From the NCBI GenBank assembly GCA_964432485.1, contig CAYSNP010000001.1:22043-86042 (forward strand): 64,000 nt of DNA, written 5' to 3'. A program made the position numbers and the translations under genes. Below the pieces are notes generated by a model. It was not told the origin of the DNA. It saw only the letters and a list, made by a program, of their open reading frames with translations, and searched no databases. Each line of letters opens with the position of its first letter. Positions within the stretch are counted from its first letter, which is position 1. The DNA comes from an uncultured Christensenellaceae bacterium. GTDB lineage: Bacteria > Bacillota > Clostridia > Christensenellales > DTU072. Positions 36,626-46,738 of the stretch are shown here, in pieces.

Positions 36626-38161
36626 TTATAGGTCTACCATATTGTTTAAGCGTAAAAATAATTTTGCAGTAGCAATAGCATCGTAAGCTGCTCTGTGCGC
36701 TATATGATTTTGTATATTAAACTCCTCAATTAAGGTAGCCAGTTTATAATCTTTAGACTTTATTTTTAATCTTGCCAAGTTTAGCGTATCGATAATATCA
36801 TTATCGAATACATATCCCAGCGGCTTAGAGTACTTATCCAAAAATGTCATATCAAAAGCTATATTGTGTCCAATAAGTGTAGCGCCTCTGGTGAATTTGA
36901 AAAAATCCGCAATTATTAAATCTATAGTTGGCGCATTTTTTAAATCTTTGTCGGTTATACCGGTCAAGTTAACAATTTCTTTGCTAAGAGGCTTGTTAAT
37001 TTTAATAAAGGAGTTAAATTGCTCCACAATTTTACCGTCTTTAATCTTTACCGCTCCCAACTCAATTGGCTCTGCCCCTTCGCTGATGTAAAGGCCGGTA
37101 GTTTCAAAGTCAAATACCACATACTCTATTGTATCCGCAACAGGTGCGGAAAGGATATCAAATATTTCGGCTTGCTCTTGTTCTATGTAAGGCTGAGGGG
37201 TTATTGTCTGATATTCTTCCGGTGCATCCTTGTAATGCAAATCCTTTTTTAGCTTATCAAAATCAACGCTGCAATAGCTTAGCTTATTGGCAATCATAGA
37301 GTTAGCACGCTCATAAATGCTGAATTTAATGTTGCCGGAAGCTATAATGATTTCATTTTCCTCCAACTCGGCTAATTTATCAAGCTCTTGCTCCCTTCTT
37401 GGAAAAACCGTAACATTGATAGCATCAGTAGTATCGTCCAAAATAAGAGTAAAGAACGGCTTGCCCGAACTTTTAGCTTGTTTTTGCATTATAGATTTAA
37501 CTTTTCCGCAAATCACCACATCTGAAGAAGGCTTGAGTTTAGCATTTTTAATATAAATGGGAGCTTTAGCAATGACCCCGGGCAAAATGCTCTCTTTTAC
37601 CTCAGCTTCAATTAGCCCAAGCATTTGCTTAGTGGACTTATTTTGCGGCTCTAAAGTTTCTTCTATTAGGGTATCATCTACTATAAGTTCACATTCCACG
37701 CTTTCCATAAATTCATGCTCAAGATAAGCTGTAACTTTGTCGGCAAATTGATTGCTTTCGCAAAAATTGTAAATATAGCGCGGCATTCGAACGCGAATGG
37801 TAATTGTGTTTTTATTGATGTCAATGTCTATAAAATCTTTTGAAACCTTTTGAGTAAGGATATTAAACTCATCATAAATATATACAAGCAAGGTTCGTAA
37901 AACTATATCTTCATCGGTTATAGTTTTTTTATATTTTATAGTTAGTAAGGGAAGCTCCGAAGGCAATATCTCTAAAGCAAATTGGTATAAACGCTCCTTA
38001 AACTCAGCATTTACCATTTTTTTATAGTCATAGCTGTTTACCAGTAAAGTAATAACAAAGGATTGCTCCGCCAACTCCGCTTTATGTACCTTAAAAATAC
38101 GCTCATTTGCTTGCAGCTTAGCATTTAACCTTTCTATAAAGCCGCTTTGTACTTGTATCAT
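36626..38161 (-). CDS. PolC-like N-terminal domain + OB fold + DEDDh 3'-5' exonuclease, without a polymerase core
   Basis: Exo I VVFDFETTGL, Exo II IGHNIAFDMTFL, Exo III HRAAYDAIA. An upstream OB-like segment VICGKVKSIMQKQAKSSGKPFFTLILDDTTDAINVTVFPR is present. 511 aa. Confidence 0.8.
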   Translation of the reverse strand: MIQVQSGFIERLNAKLQANERIFKVHKAELAEQSFVITLLVNSYDYKKMVNAEFKERLYQFALEILPSELPLLTIKYKKTITDEDIVLRTLLVYIYDEFNILTQKVSKDFIDIDINKNTITIRVRMPRYIYNFCESNQFADKVTAYLEHEFMESVECELIVDDTLIEETLEPQNKSTKQMLGLIEAEVKESILPGVIAKAPIYIKNAKLKPSSDVVICGKVKSIMQKQAKSSGKPFFTLILDDTTDAINVTVFPRREQELDKLAELEENEIIIASGNIKFSIYERANSMIANKLSYCSVDFDKLKKDLHYKDAPEEYQTITPQPYIEQEQAEIFDILSAPVADTIEYVVFDFETTGLYISEGAEPIELGAVKIKDGKIVEQFNSFIKINKPLSKEIVNLTGITDKDLKNAPTIDLIIADFFKFTRGATLIGHNIAFDMTFLDKYSKPLGYVFDNDIIDTLNLARLKIKSKDYKLATLIEEFNIQNHIAHRAAYDAIATAKLFLRLNNMVDL

Positions 38162-39180
38162 TTAGCAATTTTCTCCAAAAGTGCTTTTATTTCCTCTAGA
38201 ATTTGATTGTTTTCCACAGTTTTGTAAGGCTTGCCCTTTAGAAAAATAACACTCCTTTCTTTGCCTGCCGCTACTCCAAAATCAGCGTCCTTACCTTCGC
38301 CTATACCATTTACTATACACCCCATTACTGCAATTTTCAATGGAATAGTCAGCTTTTGGGCAAGAGCATCAATTTCTTGTGCCAAATATTCTATATCAAC
38401 AGTACAACGGGCACAAGTCGGACAAGCTATAATTTCTGCAAAATCCTGCTCTTTGCCTGCAGCCCGTAAAATGGATTTGGCAATCTCAACTTCCTTTATT
38501 GGGTTGCCGGCAATAGAAACTCTAATAGTATCCCCTATCCCATCAGCTAACAGCGCACCAATGGCAATGGCGCTCTTAATAGCCGCAAACTCACCATAGC
38601 CTGACTCCGTTAGCCCTATATGCAAAGGATAGCGGCTTAGCTTGTCTAAGTGTCTGTTAGCTTCGATAGTTTGCAGCACATTAGAGCTTTTTACAGCAAG
38701 CACAATATTATCATAGCCTAAATCCTCTATCAGCTTTGCACAATCTGCAGTCAACTGTGCTAACTTAGAGGGGGAATTGTGCCCTTTTACACTGCCTTTG
38801 TTTACCCCTACTCTAATAGGAATATTGTAGTCTTTTGCGCAAGCTACAATTTGCGCTATGGTGCGCTTGCTCATATTGCCCGGGTTAATCCTAATTTTAT
38901 GAAGCCCTTTTTTTATTCCTTCTATAGCCAAATCTGCACTACTAAAATGAAAATCCCCAATTATAGGAACATTAACACCTTTTATAATGGAGGGGATAGC
39001 TTGCACACTTTGCAGGTCAGGGACAGCAATGCGCACAAGCAAAGCGCCCGCATGCTCCAAAGCATTAATTTGCGCAATTGTAGAGGCGGCATCAGCAGTA
39101 AGGGTATTGGTCATAGATTGAATAGCTATACGATTGCCCCCGCCTATTTGCGCTTTTCCTATGTTTACAACCTTTTTCAT
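38158..39180 (-). CDS. ispG: 4-hydroxy-3-methylbut-2-en-1-yl diphosphate synthase IspG (GcpE)
   Basis: IQSMTNT, RINPGN, and the C-terminal Fe-S cysteines CPTCARC...GCIVNGIGE. Confidence 0.95.
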   Translation of the reverse strand: MKKVVNIGKAQIGGGNRIAIQSMTNTLTADAASTIAQINALEHAGALLVRIAVPDLQSVQAIPSIIKGVNVPIIGDFHFSSADLAIEGIKKGLHKIRINPGNMSKRTIAQIVACAKDYNIPIRVGVNKGSVKGHNSPSKLAQLTADCAKLIEDLGYDNIVLAVKSSNVLQTIEANRHLDKLSRYPLHIGLTESGYGEFAAIKSAIAIGALLADGIGDTIRVSIAGNPIKEVEIAKSILRAAGKEQDFAEIIACPTCARCTVDIEYLAQEIDALAQKLTIPLKIAVMGCIVNGIGEGKDADFGVAAGKERSVIFLKGKPYKTVENNQILEEIKALLEKIAK

Positions 39181-40298
39181 AACTTATTCAAAAGCAATTG
39201 ATAAACATCCGCCAATAGGGCAAACCCAATTAACAAAATAAATCCCGCAAAATGGATAATACCCTCCACCTTTGGATTAATAGGCTTACCTCTTATCCAT
39301 TCGATTATTACAAAAACCATCCTTGCACCATCTAAAGCAGGCAAAGGCAGCAAATTCATTACTGCAAGGTTGGCAGAAATAATCATAACAATATAGATAA
39401 TCATTGCAAACCCTGATTTGGTGGCATCCGCCATAATACTAATAACTGTAATAGGTCCGCCTGCAGAACTCAGCCCAATAGAGCCGGTAATAAGCCCGGC
39501 TAAAGCGGCAAGTATCTTATACACTATAAAGAATCCAAAGGAAAATGACCTTGCAAATGACAAAAAGAAATTTAGCTTAACAGGCGCAATGCTACTGATA
39601 AATCCATAGCCGTAATTGGTAACAACCTCGCCTTGCTCATCATAAATCAAGTTGCCTTGCTCATCCCTGGGAGTATAATTGGACTTGTTTGCAACTACTT
39701 TTACAATTTTACCGTCACGCAACAAAGTAAACTCTGCGCTATCGTCAGTACTTTTAATTAGGCGGGATATATCGCCTGCATCCATTACATTCATTTGTTT
39801 ACCATTTACTTTAAGGATAACATCTCCTTCCTGCAACTGGCTGTGCACAGCGGCATAGCTATCTTCGTACAAGGAGTGCACCGAAGGCAAAAGCTGCCCA
39901 TAAAAAGTAAAAAATAAGGTGATAATAACTAAGGCAAAAACAAAGTTCATAAAAGCGCCGGAAAACAATACAACCAGCCTTTTCCAAGGTGCTTGCTTAT
40001 TAAAAGCAGTAGGCGATTGTTTATCTTCGTCTTCGCCTTCAAAATTGCAAAAACCGCCAAGCGGGATTGGACGAATTGAAAAAACCTCTCCTGTTTTTGC
40101 ATTGACTTTTCTGTAAATAGGCGGTCCGAAACCTATGCCGAACTCCTCTACCTTAAATCCCAGTTTTTTGCCTGCTACATAGTGCCCAAGCTCATGGATT
40201 ACCACCATAACCATTAAAAAGAAAAGGGCTACTAATATATGCCACAGCGTAGACAATACAGATGCAAAGGTGATAGCCATTGTAAAATTAAAACTCAA
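39177..40298 (-). CDS. rseP: RIP zinc metalloprotease RseP/RasP (M50 with PDZ domain)
   Basis: HELGHY, a central PDZ-like segment, and NLLPLPALDG. Confidence 0.9.
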   Translation of the reverse strand: MSFNFTMAITFASVLSTLWHILVALFFLMVMVVIHELGHYVAGKKLGFKVEEFGIGFGPPIYRKVNAKTGEVFSIRPIPLGGFCNFEGEDEDKQSPTAFNKQAPWKRLVVLFSGAFMNFVFALVIITLFFTFYGQLLPSVHSLYEDSYAAVHSQLQEGDVILKVNGKQMNVMDAGDISRLIKSTDDSAEFTLLRDGKIVKVVANKSNYTPRDEQGNLIYDEQGEVVTNYGYGFISSIAPVKLNFFLSFARSFSFGFFIVYKILAALAGLITGSIGLSSAGGPITVISIMADATKSGFAMIIYIVMIISANLAVMNLLPLPALDGARMVFVIIEWIRGKPINPKVEGIIHFAGFILLIGFALLADVYQLLLNKL

Positions 40299-41407
40299 TC
40301 TATCAATCCTCCAAGGTTTGATTTCTTTATAGTATATTCCCTCACAGCCTTATCAATACTAAAGATATCTTGCAGCACCCCAATAATGCAATTGTCAAAA
40401 TGTTCTAATGCTTTTTCTATATAGTAAGGTATATCATAAAATCCAACAGCATTAGCAAGATATGCTTGCACCATTACTTCATTTGCGGCATTAAGTACAA
40501 CTGCTTGAGCTTCAGTCCCTAACGCTACCCGTTTAGCAATTTCTAAGCAAGGGAATTTCTCTTGCTCAATTTCAAAGAATTGCAGCTTGCCAATCTTGTC
40601 AAAATCAAGCCGCTCTATATCAGAATAAGCAATATCAGGATAAGTTAGCGCATAAGCTATCGGAATACGCATATCCGGAGTGCTTAACCCTGCAATAATA
40701 CTATTGTCTGCAAGCTGCAACATAGAATGTATAATGCTTTCTCTATGCCCTATTACCTCTATATTGTCAATGCCGAACAAGCGCTTAGCCTCAATTATTT
40801 CCATCCCTTTATTCATAAGCGTAGCGCTGTCTATGGTAACTTTTTTTCCCATTTTCCAAACAGGATGCAAAAGTGCATCTGCGGCCTTTTTTTCTGCTAT
40901 TTCCGCTTTAGATGAGTCCCTAAATGCGCCTCCCGAAGCTGTCAAGATTATTTTGGCAACTTGCTTAGCGCTTTGCCCTTGCAAGCATCTAAAAATAGCG
41001 GAGTGTTCGCTATCTATAGGAATTATCATACTGCTACCTTGCGTTTTTGCCTTTTGTAGGAATTGCCAGCCGCAAATTATACTTTCCTTATTAGCGGTAG
41101 CAAGCACAGCCCCGGCCTTTAGTGCAGCAATGGACGGCAAAAGTCCTGCCAGCCCCGATATACCGTTTACCACAATATCGCAACTTGTGTAAGTTTGCTC
41201 TTTTGCTAAATGTTCAAGAGGCAAAAAGGCAGTTTTGGCATACACTTGTTTTGCCCCAAAGTACTGTTTTTGCTTAGCAAGCAATTTTGTATTAGAATAG
41301 CCGGATAATAATACTACTTCAAATTGATGCCCTAATTTTGAAATTACATCCAGAGCTTGAGTGCCAATTGAGCCTGTAGAGCCCAATATGGCTACCTTTT
41401 TACGCAT
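40295..41407 (-). CDS. dxr: 1-deoxy-D-xylulose 5-phosphate reductoisomerase
   Basis: ILGSTGSIGTQALDV, PIDSEHSAIF, and NAANEV. Confidence 0.95.
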   Translation of the reverse strand: MRKKVAILGSTGSIGTQALDVISKLGHQFEVVLLSGYSNTKLLAKQKQYFGAKQVYAKTAFLPLEHLAKEQTYTSCDIVVNGISGLAGLLPSIAALKAGAVLATANKESIICGWQFLQKAKTQGSSMIIPIDSEHSAIFRCLQGQSAKQVAKIILTASGGAFRDSSKAEIAEKKAADALLHPVWKMGKKVTIDSATLMNKGMEIIEAKRLFGIDNIEVIGHRESIIHSMLQLADNSIIAGLSTPDMRIPIAYALTYPDIAYSDIERLDFDKIGKLQFFEIEQEKFPCLEIAKRVALGTEAQAVVLNAANEVMVQAYLANAVGFYDIPYYIEKALEHFDNCIIGVLQDIFSIDKAVREYTIKKSNLGGLID

Positions 41408-42242
41408 ATCCGTATACCAAAACCATATAAGTAGTAATAAATATCATGGAAAACAAAACAGAATCCAGCCTATCCATTACACCGCCATGCGAACGCAATG
41501 CGCCTGAATAATCTTTTATCCCAACTTCTCTTTTTATCTTACTAGCCCCAAGGTCGCCTAATTCTGCAAATAGTGCGCTACATAATCCAAGCAGCGCATA
41601 AGTGAGCGAAGGATTGTTCATAATAGTGCCAAAGCGAAAAACAACATGGGAAGGAAAATTGCCTACTTCGAATATTTTATACATTACCCAAGCACCAAAC
41701 GCTCCGCCTAATAAGCCCGTAATGCTGCCGGAAATTGTTTTTTTAGGACTGATTTTAGGATATATTTTAGGGCCTTTCATAAGTGAGCCGCCAAAGTAAG
41801 CAAAGACATCGCACCCTATTGCTCCTCCTACTGCAAGCAAAATTGGCAACATTCCATATTCCATAAACAAAAACAGCATTACCACAAACATTAAACAAGG
41901 ATAATAAGCTAAAAATAAGGTGGTCATAAAATCGCTGAAATTGCGCTTGTTATCAAAAACATACCATAAAAAAGAAATTAAAAAAGTTAAAAGCAAAGTA
42001 AGAATCAAGCCGGAAAGCGAATAAAAGTACATCATTGGATAAGCGGCTACAATAATCAGAATAAGCGGATAAGCTATGGGCTTATGCCCTGCTTTTCTAA
42101 TTGCGTTATATATTTCTCTTGTGCAAAAAACGCTTAATATAATAATTGTTAAACTAATAATTGGAGGCCAAAGTTTGGATAAGGCTATTAGGCATAGCAA
42201 AAGCGAAAACATTATTAAGCCCATTACAATTTTACTTTTCAT
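41400..42242 (-). CDS. cdsA: phosphatidate cytidylyltransferase
   Basis: Polytopic membrane protein with the CdsA signature SKIKREVGIKDYSGALRSHGGVMDRLDS. Confidence 0.9.
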   Translation of the reverse strand: MKSKIVMGLIMFSLLLCLIALSKLWPPIISLTIIILSVFCTREIYNAIRKAGHKPIAYPLILIIVAAYPMMYFYSLSGLILTLLLTFLISFLWYVFDNKRNFSDFMTTLFLAYYPCLMFVVMLFLFMEYGMLPILLAVGGAIGCDVFAYFGGSLMKGPKIYPKISPKKTISGSITGLLGGAFGAWVMYKIFEVGNFPSHVVFRFGTIMNNPSLTYALLGLCSALFAELGDLGASKIKREVGIKDYSGALRSHGGVMDRLDSVLFSMIFITTYMVLVYGYA

Positions 42243-42925
42243 AATTTACCGTAGTTCCTTTTAACTTTAGGATAGCTCTTTACAATATTATCTATATCCT
42301 GCGCACTAAAGTCAGGCCAAAACTTTTCCATAAACACTAACTCAGAATAGGCAGACTGCAATAACATAAAATTGGATAGCCTCTTGTGCCCCCCGTATCT
42401 AATCACAATATCAGGGTCGGGTATATCTGTAGTATATAACTTAGCTTGCAAATCATCATAGCCAAAATCCTTATTGGGGAATTGAGCGGCACAAGCCTTG
42501 CAAGCATCAGCAATCTCTTGCCTGCTGCCATAATCTATGGCAAAAGTAGCCTGCATAGCGTTCAAGCTCTTAGTTTGCTCTTCCGCTTGTTGCATAATTT
42601 CAATTAAAGGCGCTATAAGTCTGTCTTTTTTGCCAATAAACTTAATTTTAATGTTGTTGCTACTCGCATAAGGCAGTATACTCTTGTCTAGGCAAGAGTG
42701 CATAATTTCTTGTAAAGATTGTATTTCGGCAGGTTCTCTGTCAAAATTTTCTGTGCTTAAAGCATAAAAAGTCAGGTAAGGAATATTGTATTCGCATACC
42801 TTTGAAAGTAAAGGAATTATCCTTTTAGCTCCCTCTCTATGGCCATCGCTTCGTTCAAATCCGTGTGCAAGAGCCCATCTGCCATTGCCATCGGGGATAA
42901 TTGCCAAGTGTTTTATATTAGACAC
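42239..42925 (-). CDS. uppS: isoprenyl transferase (undecaprenyl diphosphate synthase)
   Basis: HLAIIPDGNGRWA, and RYGGHKRLSNFMLLQSAYSELVF. Confidence 0.95.
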   Translation of the reverse strand: MSNIKHLAIIPDGNGRWALAHGFERSDGHREGAKRIIPLLSKVCEYNIPYLTFYALSTENFDREPAEIQSLQEIMHSCLDKSILPYASSNNIKIKFIGKKDRLIAPLIEIMQQAEEQTKSLNAMQATFAIDYGSRQEIADACKACAAQFPNKDFGYDDLQAKLYTTDIPDPDIVIRYGGHKRLSNFMLLQSAYSELVFMEKFWPDFSAQDIDNIVKSYPKVKRNYGKL

Positions 42926-43493
42926 TCATTATTTCCTTTTCTTTATCAGCAGAGATTTTATCTATCTTTGTAATAAAACCGTTAACCCTGTCATCAACTT
43001 CTTTTTCATATAAAAACAGGTCATCTTCTGTAATAGAACTGTCTTTCTTAGCTTTTCTAAGCTGCGCATTAATCTCCCTACGTTCATTGCGCACCGATAC
43101 TTTGATTTTTTCCGCTAAGGTGGCAACTTCTTTTACAAGCATCTTGCGCCTTTCTTCTGTCAATTCGGGGAAAATCAGCCTTATTACTTTACCGTCATTA
43201 TTGGGCATTATGCCTATATTGGCATCTATAATCGCTTTTTCTACATTTTTTAATGCACTAGTGTCCCAAACAGAAACCATTAACACCCTAGCTTCAGGTA
43301 CTGTAATATTAGCCATTTGATACAGCGGCGTCATTGTCCCGTAATAATTGACTTCAATACCGTTCAAAAGGTGAGGATTTGCCCTCCCTGCTCTCATTTT
43401 AAGCAGTTCAGCTACAAAGGCATCGATAGATTTAGTAATATTGTCTTCAAAAATCTCAAATAATAGTGCTACTTCTTCGTTTTGTATTTGCAT
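42918..43493 (-). CDS. frr: ribosome recycling factor
   Basis: MRAGRANPHLLNGIEVNYYG, and LTEERRKMLVK. Confidence 0.95.
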   Translation of the reverse strand: MQIQNEEVALLFEIFEDNITKSIDAFVAELLKMRAGRANPHLLNGIEVNYYGTMTPLYQMANITVPEARVLMVSVWDTSALKNVEKAIIDANIGIMPNNDGKVIRLIFPELTEERRKMLVKEVATLAEKIKVSVRNERREINAQLRKAKKDSSITEDDLFLYEKEVDDRVNGFITKIDKISADKEKEIMSV

Positions 43494-43556
43494 AAATCAC
43501 CTCGCTTGCATTAATCATAACATATTAGCTTCAAGGTTTCAATCTTTTGGCTATCT

Positions 43557-44264
43557 TTAACTGATAACCGTGCCGGTAGGCTTGCCAAGCACAACATCAA
43601 TAATGCTGCTTTCGCCATTAAGACCAAAAGCAATAATAGGTATATTATTTTCCATGCAAAGGCTTACAGCAGTAGTGTCCATAGCAGATAATTTTTTTGT
43701 AATGAAATCAAGGTGTGAGATTTTATCTATCTTTTTTGCACCTGTATTGACTACGGGGTCAGAATCATACACCCCATCCACATTTTTAGCAAGCAGCAGC
43801 ACTTCAGCATGAATTTCGGTAGCTCTAAGTGCAGCCCCGGTATCTGTAGAAAAATATGGGTTGCCTGTACCGCAGGCAAATATTACTACCCGCCCTTTTT
43901 CAAGATGTCTTAACGCTTTTCTTAAAATATATGGCTCGGCAACTCTGGTGATAGTAAGTGCGGTTTGAACTCTGGTAGGTATTTCTATACTTTCTAAGGC
44001 GTCTTGCAAAGCTAAAGCATTGATAATAGTCGCTAACATACCCATATGGTCGGCAGTAGTCCTATCCATTTTAGCAGGAGCATTTCTGCCCCGCCAAAAG
44101 TTGCCGCCGCCTATTACTATGCCTATTTCAACTCCCAGCTCTCTCAATGTCTTAATTTGAGCTATTACTTTTTCAATCCTTTCATAGCTGATACCAAACT
44201 TATCTTTACCGCTTAGCGCTTCGCCGCTTAATTTAATTAATACCCTTTTGTACTTAGGTGTCAT
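43557..44264 (-). CDS. pyrH: UMP kinase
   Basis: [21 protein letters not shown], and [11 protein letters not shown]. Confidence 0.95.
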   Translation of the reverse strand: MTPKYKRVLIKLSGEALSGKDKFGISYERIEKVIAQIKTLRELGVEIGIVIGGGNFWRGRNAPAKMDRTTADHMGMLATIINALALQDALESIEIPTRVQTALTITRVAEPYILRKALRHLEKGRVVIFACGTGNPYFSTDTGAALRATEIHAEVLLLAKNVDGVYDSDPVVNTGAKKIDKISHLDFITKKLSAMDTTAVSLCMENNIPIIAFGLNGESSIIDVVLGKPTGTVIS

Positions 44265-44276
44265 ATCTCTCTCCTT

Positions 44277-44306
44277 AAAAAAAGAGACGCAATAAATATG
44301 CGTCTC
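44277..44306 (-). terminator. rho-independent terminator after tsf
   Basis: The minus strand reads GAGACGCA-TATTTAT-TGCGTCTC followed by TTTTTTT. Confidence 0.7.
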
Positions 44307-44311
44307 GTCTT

Positions 44312-44980
44312 TTAGTCAGCCTTCATTTTGGCGACCTGCTCATTGATTTCATCAGCAAAGTCATCCTTTCTTTTCGCTAGCCCTTCTCCCATTTCATATC
44401 TTACGAATCGTCTTACAGATATTTTTTCGCCTATAACCATAATAGATTCGTTGATTAGCTGCAAAACAGTCTTGGCAGAATCTTTAACAAAAGGCTGCTC
44501 AAGCAAGCACACTTCCTTGTAATATTTTTCAACTCTACCTTCTACCATTTTTTCTATAATCTTTTCGGGCTTGGGATTGGGCTCATTAAGAGCTTGAGCT
44601 CGCAGTATATGCTTTTCTCTTTCGACTTCCTCTTGAGGCACTTCTTCTTTAGCAATATAGCTGGGCTTGCTGGCAGCAATTTGCAAAGCTAAATCATGTA
44701 CAAGCGTCCGAAATGCATCTCCTCTTGCTACAAAGTCAGTTTCGCAATTGACTTCTATCAGAACCCCAATCTTTCCTCCCATATGAATATAAGCGTCTAC
44801 AATACCTTGGCTAGCTACACGGTCAGCCTTTTTTGCCGCTTTAGCTATACCTTTTTCCCTAAGATACAATACCGCTTTGTCCATATCCCCATCAGTTTCT
44901 TGTAAGGCCTTTTTGCAATCCATTAGTCCTACGCCTGTACTTAGCCTTAATTTTTGCACATCTTGTGCTGTAAATGACAT
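44312..44980 (-). CDS. tsf: translation elongation factor Ts (short form)
   Basis: [22 protein letters not shown]-like N-terminus, and [10 protein letters not shown]. Confidence 0.95.
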   Translation of the reverse strand: MSFTAQDVQKLRLSTGVGLMDCKKALQETDGDMDKAVLYLREKGIAKAAKKADRVASQGIVDAYIHMGGKIGVLIEVNCETDFVARGDAFRTLVHDLALQIAASKPSYIAKEEVPQEEVEREKHILRAQALNEPNPKPEKIIEKMVEGRVEKYYKEVCLLEQPFVKDSAKTVLQLINESIMVIGEKISVRRFVRYEMGEGLAKRKDDFADEINEQVAKMKAD

Positions 44981-44990
44981 ATAGCTCCTC

Positions 44991-45764
44991 CTACTCTTTA
45001 TCCTCGTCTTTAACTTCTACATTGTAATCTACTTCGAAGTTTACTTCTTCCTCTTCTTCATCCACATGTTGCAGTCCTTGTACGCCTTCTTTAGCTTCAA
45101 TGACCGCATCAGCAATAATAGAGGCTATTAATTTGATTGCTCTAATGGCATCATCATTGCCGGGTATTACATAATCAACTTCCTCCGGGTCACAATTGGT
45201 ATCTACCAGTCCCACAATCGGAATGCCCAATTTGCGTGCTTCCTTAACTGCAATATGTTCTGCTTTTAAGTCCACTACAAACAAAGCGCCGGGCAAATTG
45301 CGCATATTTTTAATGCCGCCTAAATTGCGCTCCAGCGTATCCCTTTCTGCTTTTATCTTTATTACCTCTTTTTTAGGGAGATAATCAAACTCGCCCATAA
45401 TCTCTTGCTGATTGAGCCTATTTAGCTTGTCAATTCTACTGCGAATGGTGTGAAAATTGGTAAGAGTGCCGCCCAGCCAACGATGACTGATATAAAACAT
45501 CCCGCAGCGCTCTGCCTCTTGCTGAATAGCCTCTTTAGCTTGTTTTTTCCTGCCCACAAAAAGCACGCTTTCGCCCTCTTTGACAATATCACGAATAAAA
45601 GCGTATGCTTCTTCGATTAGCCCTACCGTAAGTTGCAGGTCTATAATATGGATATCGTTGCGTGCATCAAAAATGTACTTTGCCATTTTCGGATTCCACC
45701 GTTTAGTTTGATGCCCAAAGTGCACGCCTGCTTCGAGCAACTGTTTCATTGAAATTACTGCCAT
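44991..45764 (-). CDS. rpsB: 30S ribosomal protein S2
   Basis: [19 protein letters not shown], and an acidic C-terminal tail. Confidence 0.97.
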   Translation of the reverse strand: MAVISMKQLLEAGVHFGHQTKRWNPKMAKYIFDARNDIHIIDLQLTVGLIEEAYAFIRDIVKEGESVLFVGRKKQAKEAIQQEAERCGMFYISHRWLGGTLTNFHTIRSRIDKLNRLNQQEIMGEFDYLPKKEVIKIKAERDTLERNLGGIKNMRNLPGALFVVDLKAEHIAVKEARKLGIPIVGLVDTNCDPEEVDYVIPGNDDAIRAIKLIASIIADAVIEAKEGVQGLQHVDEEEEEVNFEVDYNVEVKDEDKE

Positions 45765-45849
45765 TGTCTACCTCCTGTTTTTTCCTCCCTGCGCCGCTTT
45801 CGCATAAAAAATGCGCAACAGTTTTAGCACAGGTGCGAATTCCTTGACT

Positions 45850-45878
45850 ATATTAGCATAATGAAAAAGATTTTGCAA
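45850..45878 (-). promoter_or_regulatory. putative rpsB promoter (TTGCAA-N17-TAATAT on the minus strand)
   Basis: -35 at 45873-45878 and -10 at 45850-45855 (minus-strand reading), leaving a leader of about 85 nt before the GGAGG of rpsB. Confidence 0.45.
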
Positions 45879-45906
45879 ACAAATAGCAACTTTTTCTTAT
45901 ACGCTG

Positions 45907-46215
45907 TTAAATTTCTATAGGTGCCTCTTCTTCCAGCATTTTTTGAAATTCTTCAAAAACAGCTTCGGCAATACGCTGATTTTCAACCGGAGTAAACGTA
46001 TCATTGCCTTCGGCGTCTTCTCCTAATAGAAACGGTATTAAGTCCCCTTCCTCTTGGTTTTCAAAAGGCTCTACCGGCTCTAATAAAATATACCAATTGC
46101 CTTGAAAATCTAAGGTTGCCACCTCAAAGAAATCTATTTCAGCTCCGTCTTCGTCTATTAGTGTTATAATCTCGTCTTCAATGATATTTATATCATTCTT
46201 TTCTTTTTTTGCCAT
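45907..46215 (-). CDS. DUF1292 protein (YrzB-like)
   Basis: Small acidic protein with ITLIDEDGAEIDFFEVATLDFQGNWYILLEP. It sits next to ruvX, as in Bacillus yrrK-yrzB. Confidence 0.8.
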   Translation of the reverse strand: MAKKEKNDINIIEDEIITLIDEDGAEIDFFEVATLDFQGNWYILLEPVEPFENQEEGDLIPFLLGEDAEGNDTFTPVENQRIAEAVFEEFQKMLEEEAPIEI

Positions 46216-46231
46216 AACACGCCTCCTAACT

Positions 46232-46657
46232 CTAAATCTTATTGCCTAGTTTATCCAGATAGCTTTGCAAAATAATTGTTGCGGCTACCTTGTCTATTAT
46301 TTTTTTTCGCTTTTCTCTTTTTACATCAGCGGCAAGAAGAGCCCGCTCTGCGCTTGCGGTAGTTAAGCGCTCATCCCAATAAGCAATTTTTGCATTGGTA
46401 TAGGCTTGCAACTTTTCTCCAAACTCATAGCTTGCTTTGGCAGAAGCTCCTATTGAGCCATCCATATTTAGCGGCAGACCGATAACAATAGTAGCGCAAT
46501 CCTTTTCTTTAGCAAGACTTGCCAAACTTAACATATCTTTTTGCTCATCTTGCGTACGCTCAAATGTTTGATAGCCCGATGCAATTATGCCCATTATATC
46601 GCTTAGCGCTATGCCTATCCTTATTTTGCCCAAATCTAGGGCCATTACCCTACCCAT
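46232..46657 (-). CDS. ruvX: putative pre-16S rRNA nuclease / Holliday-junction-resolvase-like YqgF (RuvX)
   Basis: MGRVMALDLGKIRIGIALSD N-terminus, and DERLTT. Confidence 0.9.
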   Translation of the reverse strand: MGRVMALDLGKIRIGIALSDIMGIIASGYQTFERTQDEQKDMLSLASLAKEKDCATIVIGLPLNMDGSIGASAKASYEFGEKLQAYTNAKIAYWDERLTTASAERALLAADVKREKRKKIIDKVAATIILQSYLDKLGNKI

Positions 46658-46738
46658 TTTATCCTTTCAGGCATACTTGCTCTCTTATTATTTTAACAAA
46701 TTGAGCAAAATTATGCAATACAAAATTGTTTTTATCTC

